Shown piece by piece: positions 1 through 8,743 of a stretch of 64,000 bases of DNA. Each line of letters begins with the position of its first letter. Position 1 is the stretch's first letter. A program made the translations under genes and the position numbers. Source of the DNA: an uncultured Acidobacteriota bacterium (GTDB lineage Bacteria > Actinomycetota > Acidimicrobiia > Spongiisociales > ZC4RG35); the NCBI GenBank assembly GCA_963828465.1, contig CAWHEU010000009.1:1-64000 (forward strand). The letters are read 5' to 3'. The notes under the pieces were generated by a model. The model did not search any database, was not told where the DNA came from, and was given only the letters and a program-made list of their open reading frames with translations.

Positions 1-328
1 AAAGGTGGCTCCCTTCTCGTGGTGGGTGGCCAGAACGGGATCGACCAGGAAGGAAATAAGGAAATGTCGTCGGGGACGACGTCGGAACTCAGTCGGCTCA
101 GGCGCTGCGCAACGTAATCGCTGTGTTGGAGGAAGCGGGCGCCACTCGGGACGGACGCGCCGCAACTCACGGTCTACCTCGTTGCGCCGGTGGATGCGAC
201 CACGGCGTTTGCCTCGGCACAGGAGAGATGGGGGGAACCATCCAACGGCTGTTTCCGTGATCCAGGTCTCGGGTCTTGCCCGCCCGGACAGTCTGGTGGA
301 GGTCAGCGCACTCGCACTCGTGAGTTGA
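1..328 (+). CDS. RidA/YjgF family protein, 5'-partial, several apparent frameshifts
   Basis: Stitched frames read ...LLVVGGQNGID...QSAQALRNVIAVLEEAGA...LTVYLV...HPTAVSVIQVSGLARPDSLVEVSALA*, a typical RidA-family profile. Confidence 0.7.
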   Translation, partial: KVAPFSWWVARTGSTRKEIRKCRRGRRRNSVGSGAAQRNRCVGGSGRHSGRTRRNSRSTSLRRWMRPRRLPRHRRDGGNHPTAVSVIQVSGLARPDSLVEVSALALVS

Positions 329-339
329 CCTGAAATCCC

Positions 340-365
340 GTTTGGTACAGCCCCGCTGGGGGAAA
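340..365 (+). promoter_or_regulatory. SigF/SigB-type promoter of the topoisomerase IB gene
   Basis: GTTT(340-343)-N16-GGGAAA(360-365), upstream of the start at 389. Confidence 0.6.
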
Positions 366-388
366 TCTCTGGGCGGCCATGATCTCTA

Positions 389-1387
389 TTGAATTCACTC
401 GCCGCCGATGCCGGGCTCAACTACGTCACCGACGAGAGCCCGGGCATTGGCCGGATCCGGCACGGTGAAGGGTTCTCCTATTCGGACCAAAAAGGGAACA
501 CGATCAACGGCTCGGTCCGGAAGTGGATCGACTCCCTCGTGATACCGCCGGCCTGGACCGATGTTTGGATCTCCCCCGATAAGTCTGGCCACATCCTCGC
601 CACCGGATACGACAAGGCGGGCCGCAAGCAGTACATCTATCACCCGGTCTGGGAGGAAACCCGGGACGAGGTGAAGTTCGATCGTATGGGTGAGTTCGGA
701 CGGCGGCTGGCGCAGTTGCGGAGGCGCACCGACTCTGAGTTGTCCCGCAAGGGTCTCTCCCGGTTGAAGGTGACCGCCCTCGCTGTCGCCGTGATGGATC
801 GAACCTTGATCCGGGTCGGGAACCGGAAGTACGCCGACGAGAACGATGCATACGGGCTGACCACGATCACGTGTGAGCATGTCGAGGTGGATGGGCTCCA
901 TGTCCATTTCGACTTTGCGGGCAAGGGTGGGGCAGACCATCAACTCGTGTTCCAGGACCGGCGCCTGGCCGGTTTGATCTCTCGATGCCAGGAGCTCGGT
1001 GGCCAGACCCTCTTCGGTTATGAGACGCCCGACGGTGTCGCCGCAATCACCTCTAACGACGTGAACACATATCTCGCCGAAACGATGAGCGGGCCGTTTA
1101 CCGCCAAAGACTTTCGCACCTGGGGCGCCAGCACTGCCGTGGCCGAAGAGCTCATGACCTGGCCCGAGCATGGCAACGAAGATGCCCTCCTGCTCCGCGC
1201 CATCGACAGCACGGCCGAGAAGCTCGGCAACACCCGCGAGGTGTGCCGCAGCTCGTATCTCCACCCGATCATCCCTGACAGCTTCCACAGCGGCGCCCTT
1301 GCGGACGCCTGGGCCCGCTCGAGGAGTGGGATCTGGCTGGGCAGATCCGAGTCAACGGTCAACCGCGTCATCGCCAGCGAGACGTGA
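389..1387 (+). CDS. DNA topoisomerase IB (bacterial, poxvirus-like)
   Basis: IPPAWTDVWI, ATGYDKAGRKQYIY, LIRVGN, FAGKGG, FTAKDFRTW, LGNT..CRSSYLHP; catalytic R-K-R-N-Y set present. Confidence 0.93.
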   Translation: MNSLAADAGLNYVTDESPGIGRIRHGEGFSYSDQKGNTINGSVRKWIDSLVIPPAWTDVWISPDKSGHILATGYDKAGRKQYIYHPVWEETRDEVKFDRMGEFGRRLAQLRRRTDSELSRKGLSRLKVTALAVAVMDRTLIRVGNRKYADENDAYGLTTITCEHVEVDGLHVHFDFAGKGGADHQLVFQDRRLAGLISRCQELGGQTLFGYETPDGVAAITSNDVNTYLAETMSGPFTAKDFRTWGASTAVAEELMTWPEHGNEDALLLRAIDSTAEKLGNTREVCRSSYLHPIIPDSFHSGALADAWARSRSGIWLGRSESTVNRVIASET

Positions 1388-1448
1388 TCGTCGATCCGGT
1401 CCCGGGCACCCTGCAGGTCCGCCAGAATCACGACTAGTGACCGGGAAC

Positions 1449-2516
1449 ATGACCCGCATCGGGATGATCGCCCCAATAAGCCATCGGTATCCACCATCCG
1501 GCTACGGGCCCTGGGAGAGGGTTGCCCACGACCTCACCGAGCAGCTGGTGGCGATGGGTCACGACGTGACGTTGTTCGCCGCAGCCGGGTCGGCGACGTC
1601 TGCCCGCCTGATCGAGACGGTCATGGCCCCGCTCGATTCCGGCGAGGCGGACCCGCGACTCGAAGAGGAGCGACATCTCTCCATCGCCATGGAAGCCTCT
1701 CTCGACGGGGCGTTCGATGTCATCCACTCCCACCTCCATGTCCACGGATTGGTTTTCGGCCGTCTGATCTCGACCCCGATCCTCACGACCTTGCACGGGG
1801 TCGCTTGGGACCTGGCAACCCATCCGTTGCTGTTGCAATATGCCGAGATGCCCTTTGTGTCGCTCAGCCAGAGCGAGCGGGCGTTCTTGCCTGAGCTCAA
1901 CTACGTCGCCACGATCCCCAACGGCATCAGGACGAGTGAGATCCCGGTCGGGGGTGGCGACGGCGGCTATCTCGTATTCGCGGGCCGCATGGCTCCCGAA
2001 AAGGCGCCCGACCTCGCCGTCGAGACAGCGCTCGCCTCCGGGCTGCCGCTCCGCCTGGCCGGGATCGTCGAGGACCGGCACCGTGACTTCTTCGAGGAGA
2101 AAGTGTTGGCGGCCCCCTCGAGAGATATCGAGTACCTGGGGCCACTAAACCGGGACGACCTATGGCCGCTCCTTGGCGGTGCGTTAGCGATGGTGATGCC
2201 GCTCCGCTGGCACGAGCCATTCGGACTGGTCGCGGTGGAGAGTCTGGCCGCCGGCACACCCGTCATCGCATGGCGGATGGGGGCGCTCCCCGAGATCATC
2301 GATGACGGTGTCTCCGGCTTCCTCGTCGACGATGTCGAAGGGGCTGTTGGCTCCGTCGAGCTCGTAAGCGAGCTGGATCGCGCATTCTGCCGAACCATTG
2401 CCGAATCTCGGTTCGGCGACTCCGTCATGGCCGCCGCCTACTCGGGGGTGTACCGGCGAGTGTCGTCTACGACATCTGCGAAAGGACCTGCTCGACAGGC
2501 ACCGTCGCCACCCTGA
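1449..2516 (+). CDS. Glycosyltransferase family 4 (GT-B)
   Basis: MTRIGMIAP..PPSGYGPWER, GHDVTLFA, GRMAPEKAP, WHEPFGLVAVESLAAGTPVI; ATG at 1449 is in frame with the 1170..2516 ORF. Confidence 0.9.
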   Translation: MTRIGMIAPISHRYPPSGYGPWERVAHDLTEQLVAMGHDVTLFAAAGSATSARLIETVMAPLDSGEADPRLEEERHLSIAMEASLDGAFDVIHSHLHVHGLVFGRLISTPILTTLHGVAWDLATHPLLLQYAEMPFVSLSQSERAFLPELNYVATIPNGIRTSEIPVGGGDGGYLVFAGRMAPEKAPDLAVETALASGLPLRLAGIVEDRHRDFFEEKVLAAPSRDIEYLGPLNRDDLWPLLGGALAMVMPLRWHEPFGLVAVESLAAGTPVIAWRMGALPEIIDDGVSGFLVDDVEGAVGSVELVSELDRAFCRTIAESRFGDSVMAAAYSGVYRRVSSTTSAKGPARQAPSPP

Positions 2517-3930
2517 TCCCATAATCGGCATAGCCGTAGGGCAGGATCAGATGATCGTCGTGGATCATGCTCCCGCACGAATACACGACGTCGGGAACGT
2601 AACCGAACGACTCGTCGTCCAGTGGCTCGAGGAGCGGGGAGGTAAGGCGACCCAAGACCTTCGTCGGCTCGTCGAGATCGAGCAGCACGGCGCCGAGCAC
2701 GTAACGACGCATCGGTCCCACGCCGTGGGTGATGAGGAGCCATCCCTCCTCGGTCTCGAGTGGTGAGCCGCAATTCCCGGTCTGGATCGCCTCCCAGCCT
2801 TGCTCGGGGACGAGCACGGCCTCAGCATTACCCCAATGGCGGACGTTGTCGCTTCGCATGACGAAGGTCGTCTCCTGATCGTGCCGGGAAACGGCGGCAA
2901 ACTCACCCCTGATCTTCCTCGGGAACAGTGCGAGTCCCTTGTGATACGCGGTGGGCCCGCTCATCGTGGTCATCCGGAAATGATGGAAATCCTTGGTCTT
3001 GATCATCTGGGGCAGGATCCGCAGCCCGTCGTAGGCGGTGTAGGTGGCGTAATAAGTGACCTCACCGTCGTCGTCGACGAAGCGCACGAACCTGGCGTCC
3101 TCCATCCCGTGACTCTCGGCGGGTGCTGCGGGCGAGATCAGATGCTCGGATACGGGTAATGCCGAGTTGAAGATGACCTCGTAGCTGGAAGCCGACAGCC
3201 AATGGACCATCCTCACCGTGTCAGCGAGCAAGATCGGGTCGAGATCGATGTCCTCGGCAGTGGGTAAGGCGGCGTAGAGGTTCGCCAGCGTGAACTCCTC
3301 GGGCAACACCGAGAGGATTCGTTCGGATACCTCGTTGGCGAAGCCGAGTTCTGCCAGTTTGAGGGTGAAAGAGAGACGCTGGTACAGAGGCTCCTTGCGC
3401 TCACCATTGTCGGCAAAGGGAGACCGGGCATCGAAGATCAAGCTCCCAGCCTGGGCGGCGCTCCCTGTGAAGAAGGCGACCGAGGAGATGTGCCCTTCGC
3501 CGATAGCCCGTGCACTCATCACGAAAGGCTGCGACCCTCCGCTCGCGTCGCCGAACGGGACGATCGACGGGTTGGTGAGTGCAGCGCCCTCGTACGCATA
3601 GCCCAGCGTGAGGTAGGCCCCGATCAGGAGCCGGACATCGTGATCTGACACATTCCTGATTCGTGGTGACCGCTCACATGCCATCTCGAAATGTTGGAGC
3701 CACGTGGACCGGATATCGCGATGACGACCCGCTGACCGGTGCGCTGCCCCGGCCAGCAACTGTCCCTGATTCTCAGGGGGCAATTCGAGGATTCGATCGA
3801 CGATCAGCTCAAGTCTCCGGCTGTCGCCTCCGAAGGCCGCAGACCCGGGCAGGAATGGCCTGGCGACCAGCCGCTTCGGATCGGGACGTAGCGTCTGCTC
3901 GCTTCGCTCCAAGTCGATCATTTGCAGCAT
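2467..3930 (-). CDS. Glycoside hydrolase family 130 protein (mannoside phosphorylase/glycosidase)
   Basis: YEGAALTNPSIV, RAIGEGHISS, GMEDARFVRF, YYATYTAYDG, KGLALFPRKI, GNCGSP, GYVPDVVYSCG. Confidence 0.9.
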   Translation of the reverse strand: MLQMIDLERSEQTLRPDPKRLVARPFLPGSAAFGGDSRRLELIVDRILELPPENQGQLLAGAAHRSAGRHRDIRSTWLQHFEMACERSPRIRNVSDHDVRLLIGAYLTLGYAYEGAALTNPSIVPFGDASGGSQPFVMSARAIGEGHISSVAFFTGSAAQAGSLIFDARSPFADNGERKEPLYQRLSFTLKLAELGFANEVSERILSVLPEEFTLANLYAALPTAEDIDLDPILLADTVRMVHWLSASSYEVIFNSALPVSEHLISPAAPAESHGMEDARFVRFVDDDGEVTYYATYTAYDGLRILPQMIKTKDFHHFRMTTMSGPTAYHKGLALFPRKIRGEFAAVSRHDQETTFVMRSDNVRHWGNAEAVLVPEQGWEAIQTGNCGSPLETEEGWLLITHGVGPMRRYVLGAVLLDLDEPTKVLGRLTSPLLEPLDDESFGYVPDVVYSCGSMIHDDHLILPYGYADYGIRVATVPVEQVLSQMS

Positions 3931-3964
3931 TCATTCTCGCCGCCTCCACCAGCTTTTCTAGGGA

Positions 3965-5128
3965 TCAGTTGGAGGCAGTCAGCTGACCTGGGACGAGACT
4001 TCGGACGAACTCGGCGTAGCGAGCCGCCCCAGAGGTCCACGAGAGCTCGCCGCCCTTGAGTGCGGCCGATTTCGCCGCACGGTCGTAGGCCCCTGGCGAC
4101 TCCACTAGCGCCCTCAGCCCGTCGGCCAGGGCAGCGCTGTCGTGTTCGACGACGATGCCCGAACCGGACCCGACCAGCTCCTCGGCGTGAGGGAATCGGG
4201 TCGAAACCACCGGTCTGCCGGCGGCGAGGGCGTCGGTGACGACACCCGATGTCACCTGATCGGTGTTGTCGTAAGGGATCACCACGATGTGTGACCTGCG
4301 CACCATCTCGATGAGCTCCTCGTCCGCGACGTATCGGTCGACGAAATGAACCATGTCGTCGATGCCCAGGTCTCGCACCATGCTCTCCACGCGTCTTCGA
4401 TAGGCAAGGCCCTGATTCCTGGCGACCACCGGATGAGTCCGACCCACGATCGTGTAATGGGGCATGGGATCCAGATCGCGCAACCTGGCCATTGCCTCGA
4501 TTGATCGCTCCAAGCCCTTGCCGGGGCCGAGGAGGCCCCAGGTGATCATGCGGTTGGCCGGGCCGCGGGGAGGTGGCGTCGCAGACCAACGCGAACCGTG
4601 GGGTATCACCACGACTTCACTTCTCGGGATCGAGTGCGAAGAGACCAGAGCAGATCGGGACGCCTCGGAGAGCACGACCAGTCGGGATGTCTGATGAAGA
4701 CGCTCCATGATTCGTCGCTGCCGGTCGCTCGGTGAGCTGACAACCGTATGGACAACCGTGATCAGCGGCCGGTTGATGGAGTCGACCATCTCCAGGACCG
4801 CCTCGCCGTCATTGTCGCCAAAGATCCCATACTCGTGTTGGAGGATCACGACGTCGCAGCGATCGAGATGACGGGCGGCGGCTCGGATGCTGACCGGGCT
4901 GTTCGGGTCGATCTCCATACCGACCTGTCCCAGCGCCGAGGTCGGTGGGCGCCCGTCGATGAGACGCACGAGATCTACGTCGATTTCCGGAGCCACCTCA
5001 TCGAGCGAAGAAACGAGAGCTGACGAGAACCTGGCGATCCCACATCTCGTCGGTGGGAACGTGGAGACGATGCCGACTCGAGGACCGGAGGGGTCCCGGC
5101 GGGCGGGAGGGTAAGCAGTGTCAAACAT
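3965..5128 (-). CDS. Glycosyltransferase family 4
   Basis: STFPPTRCGIARF, LQHEYGIFG, WGLLGPGKGLE, GRTHP, PYDNTDQVTSGV; start taken at ATG 5128. Confidence 0.9.
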   Translation of the reverse strand: MFDTAYPPARRDPSGPRVGIVSTFPPTRCGIARFSSALVSSLDEVAPEIDVDLVRLIDGRPPTSALGQVGMEIDPNSPVSIRAAARHLDRCDVVILQHEYGIFGDNDGEAVLEMVDSINRPLITVVHTVVSSPSDRQRRIMERLHQTSRLVVLSEASRSALVSSHSIPRSEVVVIPHGSRWSATPPPRGPANRMITWGLLGPGKGLERSIEAMARLRDLDPMPHYTIVGRTHPVVARNQGLAYRRRVESMVRDLGIDDMVHFVDRYVADEELIEMVRRSHIVVIPYDNTDQVTSGVVTDALAAGRPVVSTRFPHAEELVGSGSGIVVEHDSAALADGLRALVESPGAYDRAAKSAALKGGELSWTSGAARYAEFVRSLVPGQLTASN

Positions 5129-5175
5129 GATCTGAGAATGCCGTTTCGATTTGAGGTGATTTAGATGCTGCCTAA

Positions 5176-5202
5176 TTACCCGTTGGCGTAACCCGTCCAA
5201 AC
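5176..5202 (-). promoter_or_regulatory. SigF/SigB-type promoter of the GT4-GH130 operon
   Basis: Minus strand GTTT-N17-GGGTAA (plus strand TTACCC 5176-5181, AAAC 5199-5202). Confidence 0.65.
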
Positions 5203-5217
5203 GTGACGAACGGCACG

Positions 5218-5243
5218 GTTTTCCTCAACTGGCGGGCGGGTAA
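5218..5243 (+). promoter_or_regulatory. SigF/SigB-type promoter of the F420 LLM gene
   Basis: GTTT(5218-5221)-N16-GGGTAA(5238-5243), 10 nt before ATG 5254. Confidence 0.7.
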
Positions 5244-5253
5244 AGACTCGCTC

Positions 5254-6213
5254 ATGGTCGAGCATGGACTGACACTCTCCAGCGAGGAGCACTCGCCGAG
5301 CAAGCTGGTCGAGATCGCAGTGGCCGCCGAAGAGGCGGGTTTCGATTTCGTGTCGATCTCGGACCATTTCCATCCGTGGATCAATGAGCAGGGGCACAGC
5401 CCATTCGTCTGGTCAGTCCTCGGCGCCCTGTCGCAGGCGACCTCAGATCTGGAAGTCGGCGTGGGGGTGACATGCCCGACCGTTCGCATCCACCCAGCGG
5501 TTAGTGCCCATGCGGCCGCCACGGCGGCATGCCTGCTCGAGGACCGGTTCACTTGGGGAGTCGGAACGGGGGAAGCCCTCAACGAGCACGTGCTCGGGGA
5601 TCCTTGGCCACCCGCAGACGTCCGCCTCGAGATGCTCGAGGAAGCCATCGAGATCGTCCGCGGCCTCTGGCAGGGCGAGAGCTTCACGCATCGCGGCCGG
5701 CACTACACCGTGGAGGATGCGCAAATCTTCGACATCCCCGAGAAGCTGCCGCCGATTGTCATATCGGCATTCGGTGATGAGGCGGTGGAACTGGCAGCGC
5801 GAGTTGGTGACGGGCTTTGGATCACCGGGCTCGAAGAAGAGGTGATCGAGAAGTATCGCGACCAGGGCGGGAAGGGCCCGGTGTGGAGCCAGCTTTCACT
5901 CTGCTGGGATCCCGACGGCGAAAAGGCTGTGGATAGGGCCTATCGGGTCTGGCCCAACACCGCTCTCACCGGCCAACTAGCCCAAGACCTGCGCACAGTG
6001 GGTCACATGGAACAAGCGGTGGAGATGGTGGACCGCTCCGACATCGAAGAAGCACTTCCCTGTGGGCCGGATGCGGCCCCGATCATCGAGTCGATCGAGA
6101 AGGCGGCTGAGATGGGCATCGACCACATCTATCTGCACCAGATCGGCGACCCCATGGACGGGTTCATCGAGTTCTGGCGGGATGAGATAAGGCCCAAGGT
6201 CGCAGGGATCTGA
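5254..6213 (+). CDS. F420-dependent LLM-class oxidoreductase (G6PDH-like family)
   Basis: LSSEEHSP, AEEAGFDFVSISDHFHPW, GVTCPTVRIHP, GVGTGEALNEH. Confidence 0.9.
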   Translation: MVEHGLTLSSEEHSPSKLVEIAVAAEEAGFDFVSISDHFHPWINEQGHSPFVWSVLGALSQATSDLEVGVGVTCPTVRIHPAVSAHAAATAACLLEDRFTWGVGTGEALNEHVLGDPWPPADVRLEMLEEAIEIVRGLWQGESFTHRGRHYTVEDAQIFDIPEKLPPIVISAFGDEAVELAARVGDGLWITGLEEEVIEKYRDQGGKGPVWSQLSLCWDPDGEKAVDRAYRVWPNTALTGQLAQDLRTVGHMEQAVEMVDRSDIEEALPCGPDAAPIIESIEKAAEMGIDHIYLHQIGDPMDGFIEFWRDEIRPKVAGI

Positions 6214-6239
6214 TGGAGCGTTCGATCTCAGGCCCCAAA

Positions 6240-6268
6240 GCAGGCGGACCCCCTGAGGGTCCGCCTGC
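6240..6268. terminator. Hairpin between convergent genes
   Basis: Perfect 12-bp stem GCAGGCGGACCC / GGGTCCGCCTGC with a 5-nt loop. Confidence 0.7.
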
Positions 6269-6279
6269 AACTTGGCCGG

Positions 6280-6720
6280 CTAGCTCCGCTGCGAGACGCT
6301 CAACTGATCGTTGATCGAGGCCACACCGGGGACGCCCTTGACCAATCGGATCAACCGATCCACGTTCTGGGCGTTGATGTTGCCCTTGAGCGTGACCACG
6401 CCGTTGTCGACGTCGACCTCTACGTCGTTCTTCGGTCCGTCCCATCGCCCGATCGCCTCGCTCTTCACCTTCTGGCGGAGCGTCTCGTCGTCGAACTCGG
6501 GCTCGGGGCGGAAAGGCTCGGTCAGATCGTGGGCAAGACCCTGCACCACACCCTTTTGGTACTCCGCCTGGGCCCGAGTCTTCTCCTCGGCCTTCCGCGC
6601 GAGAGCGGCGGCCTGGTCCGACAACTTCGCCCTACGCGAGCGCCCGCGATCGGGGTCGAGAAGATACATCGCAGCAGCGGCCGCGGCACCGACCCCAACA
6701 ATGCGCACAAACTTGCTCAT
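6280..6720 (-). CDS. BON domain protein with a YtxH-like N-terminus
   Basis: GAAAAAAMYLLDPDRGRSRR N-terminus; DDETLRQKVKSE..VEVDVDNGVVTLKG..VPGVASINDQL BON domain. Confidence 0.85.
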   Translation of the reverse strand: MSKFVRIVGVGAAAAAAMYLLDPDRGRSRRAKLSDQAAALARKAEEKTRAQAEYQKGVVQGLAHDLTEPFRPEPEFDDETLRQKVKSEAIGRWDGPKNDVEVDVDNGVVTLKGNINAQNVDRLIRLVKGVPGVASINDQLSVSQRS

Positions 6721-6752
6721 TCGTCCCTCCGTTACTGGGTTATGTCTATTCA

Positions 6753-6778
6753 TTACCCGCGCCCGAATCCCGCAAAAC
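6753..6778 (-). promoter_or_regulatory. SigF/SigB-type promoter of the BON gene
   Basis: Minus strand GTTT-N16-GGGTAA (plus strand TTACCC 6753-6758, AAAC 6775-6778). Confidence 0.7.
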
Positions 6779-6794
6779 GACTCGGGACATTGAA

Positions 6795-8435
6795 TTGAGC
6801 ACTCCACGCCAGGACTTGGGCGAGGCCCTCTGGCGCCTATCCGACCTGGTGCGGGCGGACGAGCGGAGCCGGTCGTTCCGCGCCAAGGCCTACCGCAGGG
6901 CGGTCTGGTCCTTGGATGATCTGGCACCCGATCTGTCCGACCCATCGGAGAAGGCACTGTCTATCCCTGGCATCGGGACAGGGGTATGGCGGCTCATCGA
7001 GGAGTTCCGGGAACGCGGCGGACTCGAGCTCCTCGAAAGGCTCGAGCAGCTGTACCCCGCCGAGTCGGCCAGGATCAGACGTTTGCCCCGAATGACGCCG
7101 GCAATCTTGCGCGCTCTCAAGGGCGAGCTCGGGGTCGACACCTCCGCCGATCTGGTCAGAGCCATCGAAGCGGAAGGTGTTGAGGCCCTGAGGGGCGTCG
7201 GTCCTGCTACCGCAGAGCGATGGGCGGCGACGCTCCAACTGGCGCCCTCGAGGGCGTCGATCCCGTCATTTCAGGCTTATGTGCTGGCGGACGTCCTCGG
7301 CAAGCATCTGATACGTCACCTCGGTGGGACCGTCCATGCGGCCGGAGCCGTTCGGCGTGGAGAGGAGTGGGTAGAGACCGTCGATCTCGTCTCCGGGATC
7401 GACGATGTCGCCGCCGGGCGCGAATTTCTCGAAGGCACCGCCGTTGCCCGCTTTGTCGGTGAGGGGTCCGTGTCGGAGACGGTACTCCGAACCCACGAAG
7501 ACGTAGAGGCCCGCATTCACCTGGTCCCACCCTCTCACCTGGGACGGCGATTGCTCGAGGTGACAGGACCCGATCGGCATGCCCGCCCCCTTCTGGCAGA
7601 CATCAACGCGGACGGCCTCTCTGAATCCGAGATCTACGAGCGGAGCGGTCGCCTGTGGGTCCCGCCGGCGGCGCGAGCCCTCGATCCTGAGATTGCGGAG
7701 AGAGTCATACGGAACGGTCAGATCAAGGGAGACCTCCATCTTCACACCGACCTCTCCCCGGATGGGCGAATGAGCCTGTTCGAGATCGCGGCTGAGGCGA
7801 CGGATCGCGGATACGAGTACATCCTGATCACCGACCACACGACTGGCCTGCGGTTCGGAGGGCTGGACAGCGCCGGCCTGGACCGTCAGCGTGTGATGAT
7901 CGAGGAGGCCAGAGCAGGATTCCCCGACCTGCTCGTGTTCCAAGGAGCAGAGTTGAACATCGATCGGGACGGCAGCCTCGACATCGACGACGAAGCACTG
8001 AGCCGGCTCGACTTCGCCATAGCGGGTGTGCATTCGCATTTCGACCTCGATCGTTTCGAGCAGACCGCCCGGGTGTTGAAGGCCCTCAGTCACCCCGTGG
8101 TCCGGGTCCTGGCCCATCCCACCGGACGTCGGATCGGCAACCGACCTGCCCTCGACCTCGACATCGGCGCGGTTCTCGCCGCAGCCATCGAGAACCAGGT
8201 GGCTCTGGAAGTCAACGGACATCGGGATCGTCTCGACCTCTCCGCCGAACTCGCGGCGATCGCGGTCGCGGCCGGAGCTGTCCTGGCGGCCAACTCGGAC
8301 TCACATCGGATCGGCGAGATGGGGAACGTCGCAAACTCGGTGACAACCATGCAGCGCGCCGGCATCGCGCCCTCGTCGGTGGTGAACACGATGTCCGTCG
8401 GAGCTTTCCGGGAATGGGCCGGCGTTATCGGATGA
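6795..8435 (+). CDS. polX: DNA polymerase X family / PHP domain protein with a non-canonical polymerase site
   Basis: FRAKAYRRA, HhH motifs IPGIG and LRGVGP, AGAVRR, PHP motifs GDLHLHT..DG, ITDH, GAELNI, LAHPTGR, NSDSH. Confidence 0.88.
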   Translation: MSTPRQDLGEALWRLSDLVRADERSRSFRAKAYRRAVWSLDDLAPDLSDPSEKALSIPGIGTGVWRLIEEFRERGGLELLERLEQLYPAESARIRRLPRMTPAILRALKGELGVDTSADLVRAIEAEGVEALRGVGPATAERWAATLQLAPSRASIPSFQAYVLADVLGKHLIRHLGGTVHAAGAVRRGEEWVETVDLVSGIDDVAAGREFLEGTAVARFVGEGSVSETVLRTHEDVEARIHLVPPSHLGRRLLEVTGPDRHARPLLADINADGLSESEIYERSGRLWVPPAARALDPEIAERVIRNGQIKGDLHLHTDLSPDGRMSLFEIAAEATDRGYEYILITDHTTGLRFGGLDSAGLDRQRVMIEEARAGFPDLLVFQGAELNIDRDGSLDIDDEALSRLDFAIAGVHSHFDLDRFEQTARVLKALSHPVVRVLAHPTGRRIGNRPALDLDIGAVLAAAIENQVALEVNGHRDRLDLSAELAAIAVAAGAVLAANSDSHRIGEMGNVANSVTTMQRAGIAPSSVVNTMSVGAFREWAGVIG

Positions 8436-8453
8436 GCGGGGCGGACTTGGGGG

Positions 8454-8624
8454 ATGGGTGTGGCCACGCCGAGCGAAACCAACCCCGCCCCCGAGATGGC
8501 ATCCGAGGGCGCCTCCCTCGAAGAGTTGGCCAAGGAGCCCGGCGATCGTGAGCGACTGCGAAGCTCCCTGGTCGAAGACCTCGTCATGGCCCACCGGCTG
8601 ATCGGCAAGAGGGCCCGGGAATAA
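8454..8624 (+). CDS. Small hypothetical protein (56 aa), below the ORF-track cutoff
   Basis: ATG 8454 to TAA 8624: MGVATPSETNPAPEMASEGASLEELAKEPGDRERLRSSLVEDLVMAHRLIGKRARE; GC3-rich codons; followed by a hairpin. Confidence 0.5.
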   Translation: MGVATPSETNPAPEMASEGASLEELAKEPGDRERLRSSLVEDLVMAHRLIGKRARE

Positions 8625-8630
8625 GAGGGA

Positions 8631-8658
8631 GGCCCAATCGCCCTCGGTCGATTGGGCC
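8631..8658. terminator. Hairpin/terminator
   Basis: 10-bp stem GGCCCAATCG / CGATTGGGCC. Confidence 0.6.
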
Positions 8659-8743
8659 CCGCTCAAAACCGACTCCAGAACCGCGGAGCTGGCCCGGCGT
8701 CGTGACGGACTTCTACCCGTTGCGGATAGGCGCGAAACGAGAC

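Noticed and set aside
6765-6790. SigF-type promoter for polX (GAAT-N15-GGGACA)
   Set aside because: Both boxes deviate from consensus; too weak to call.
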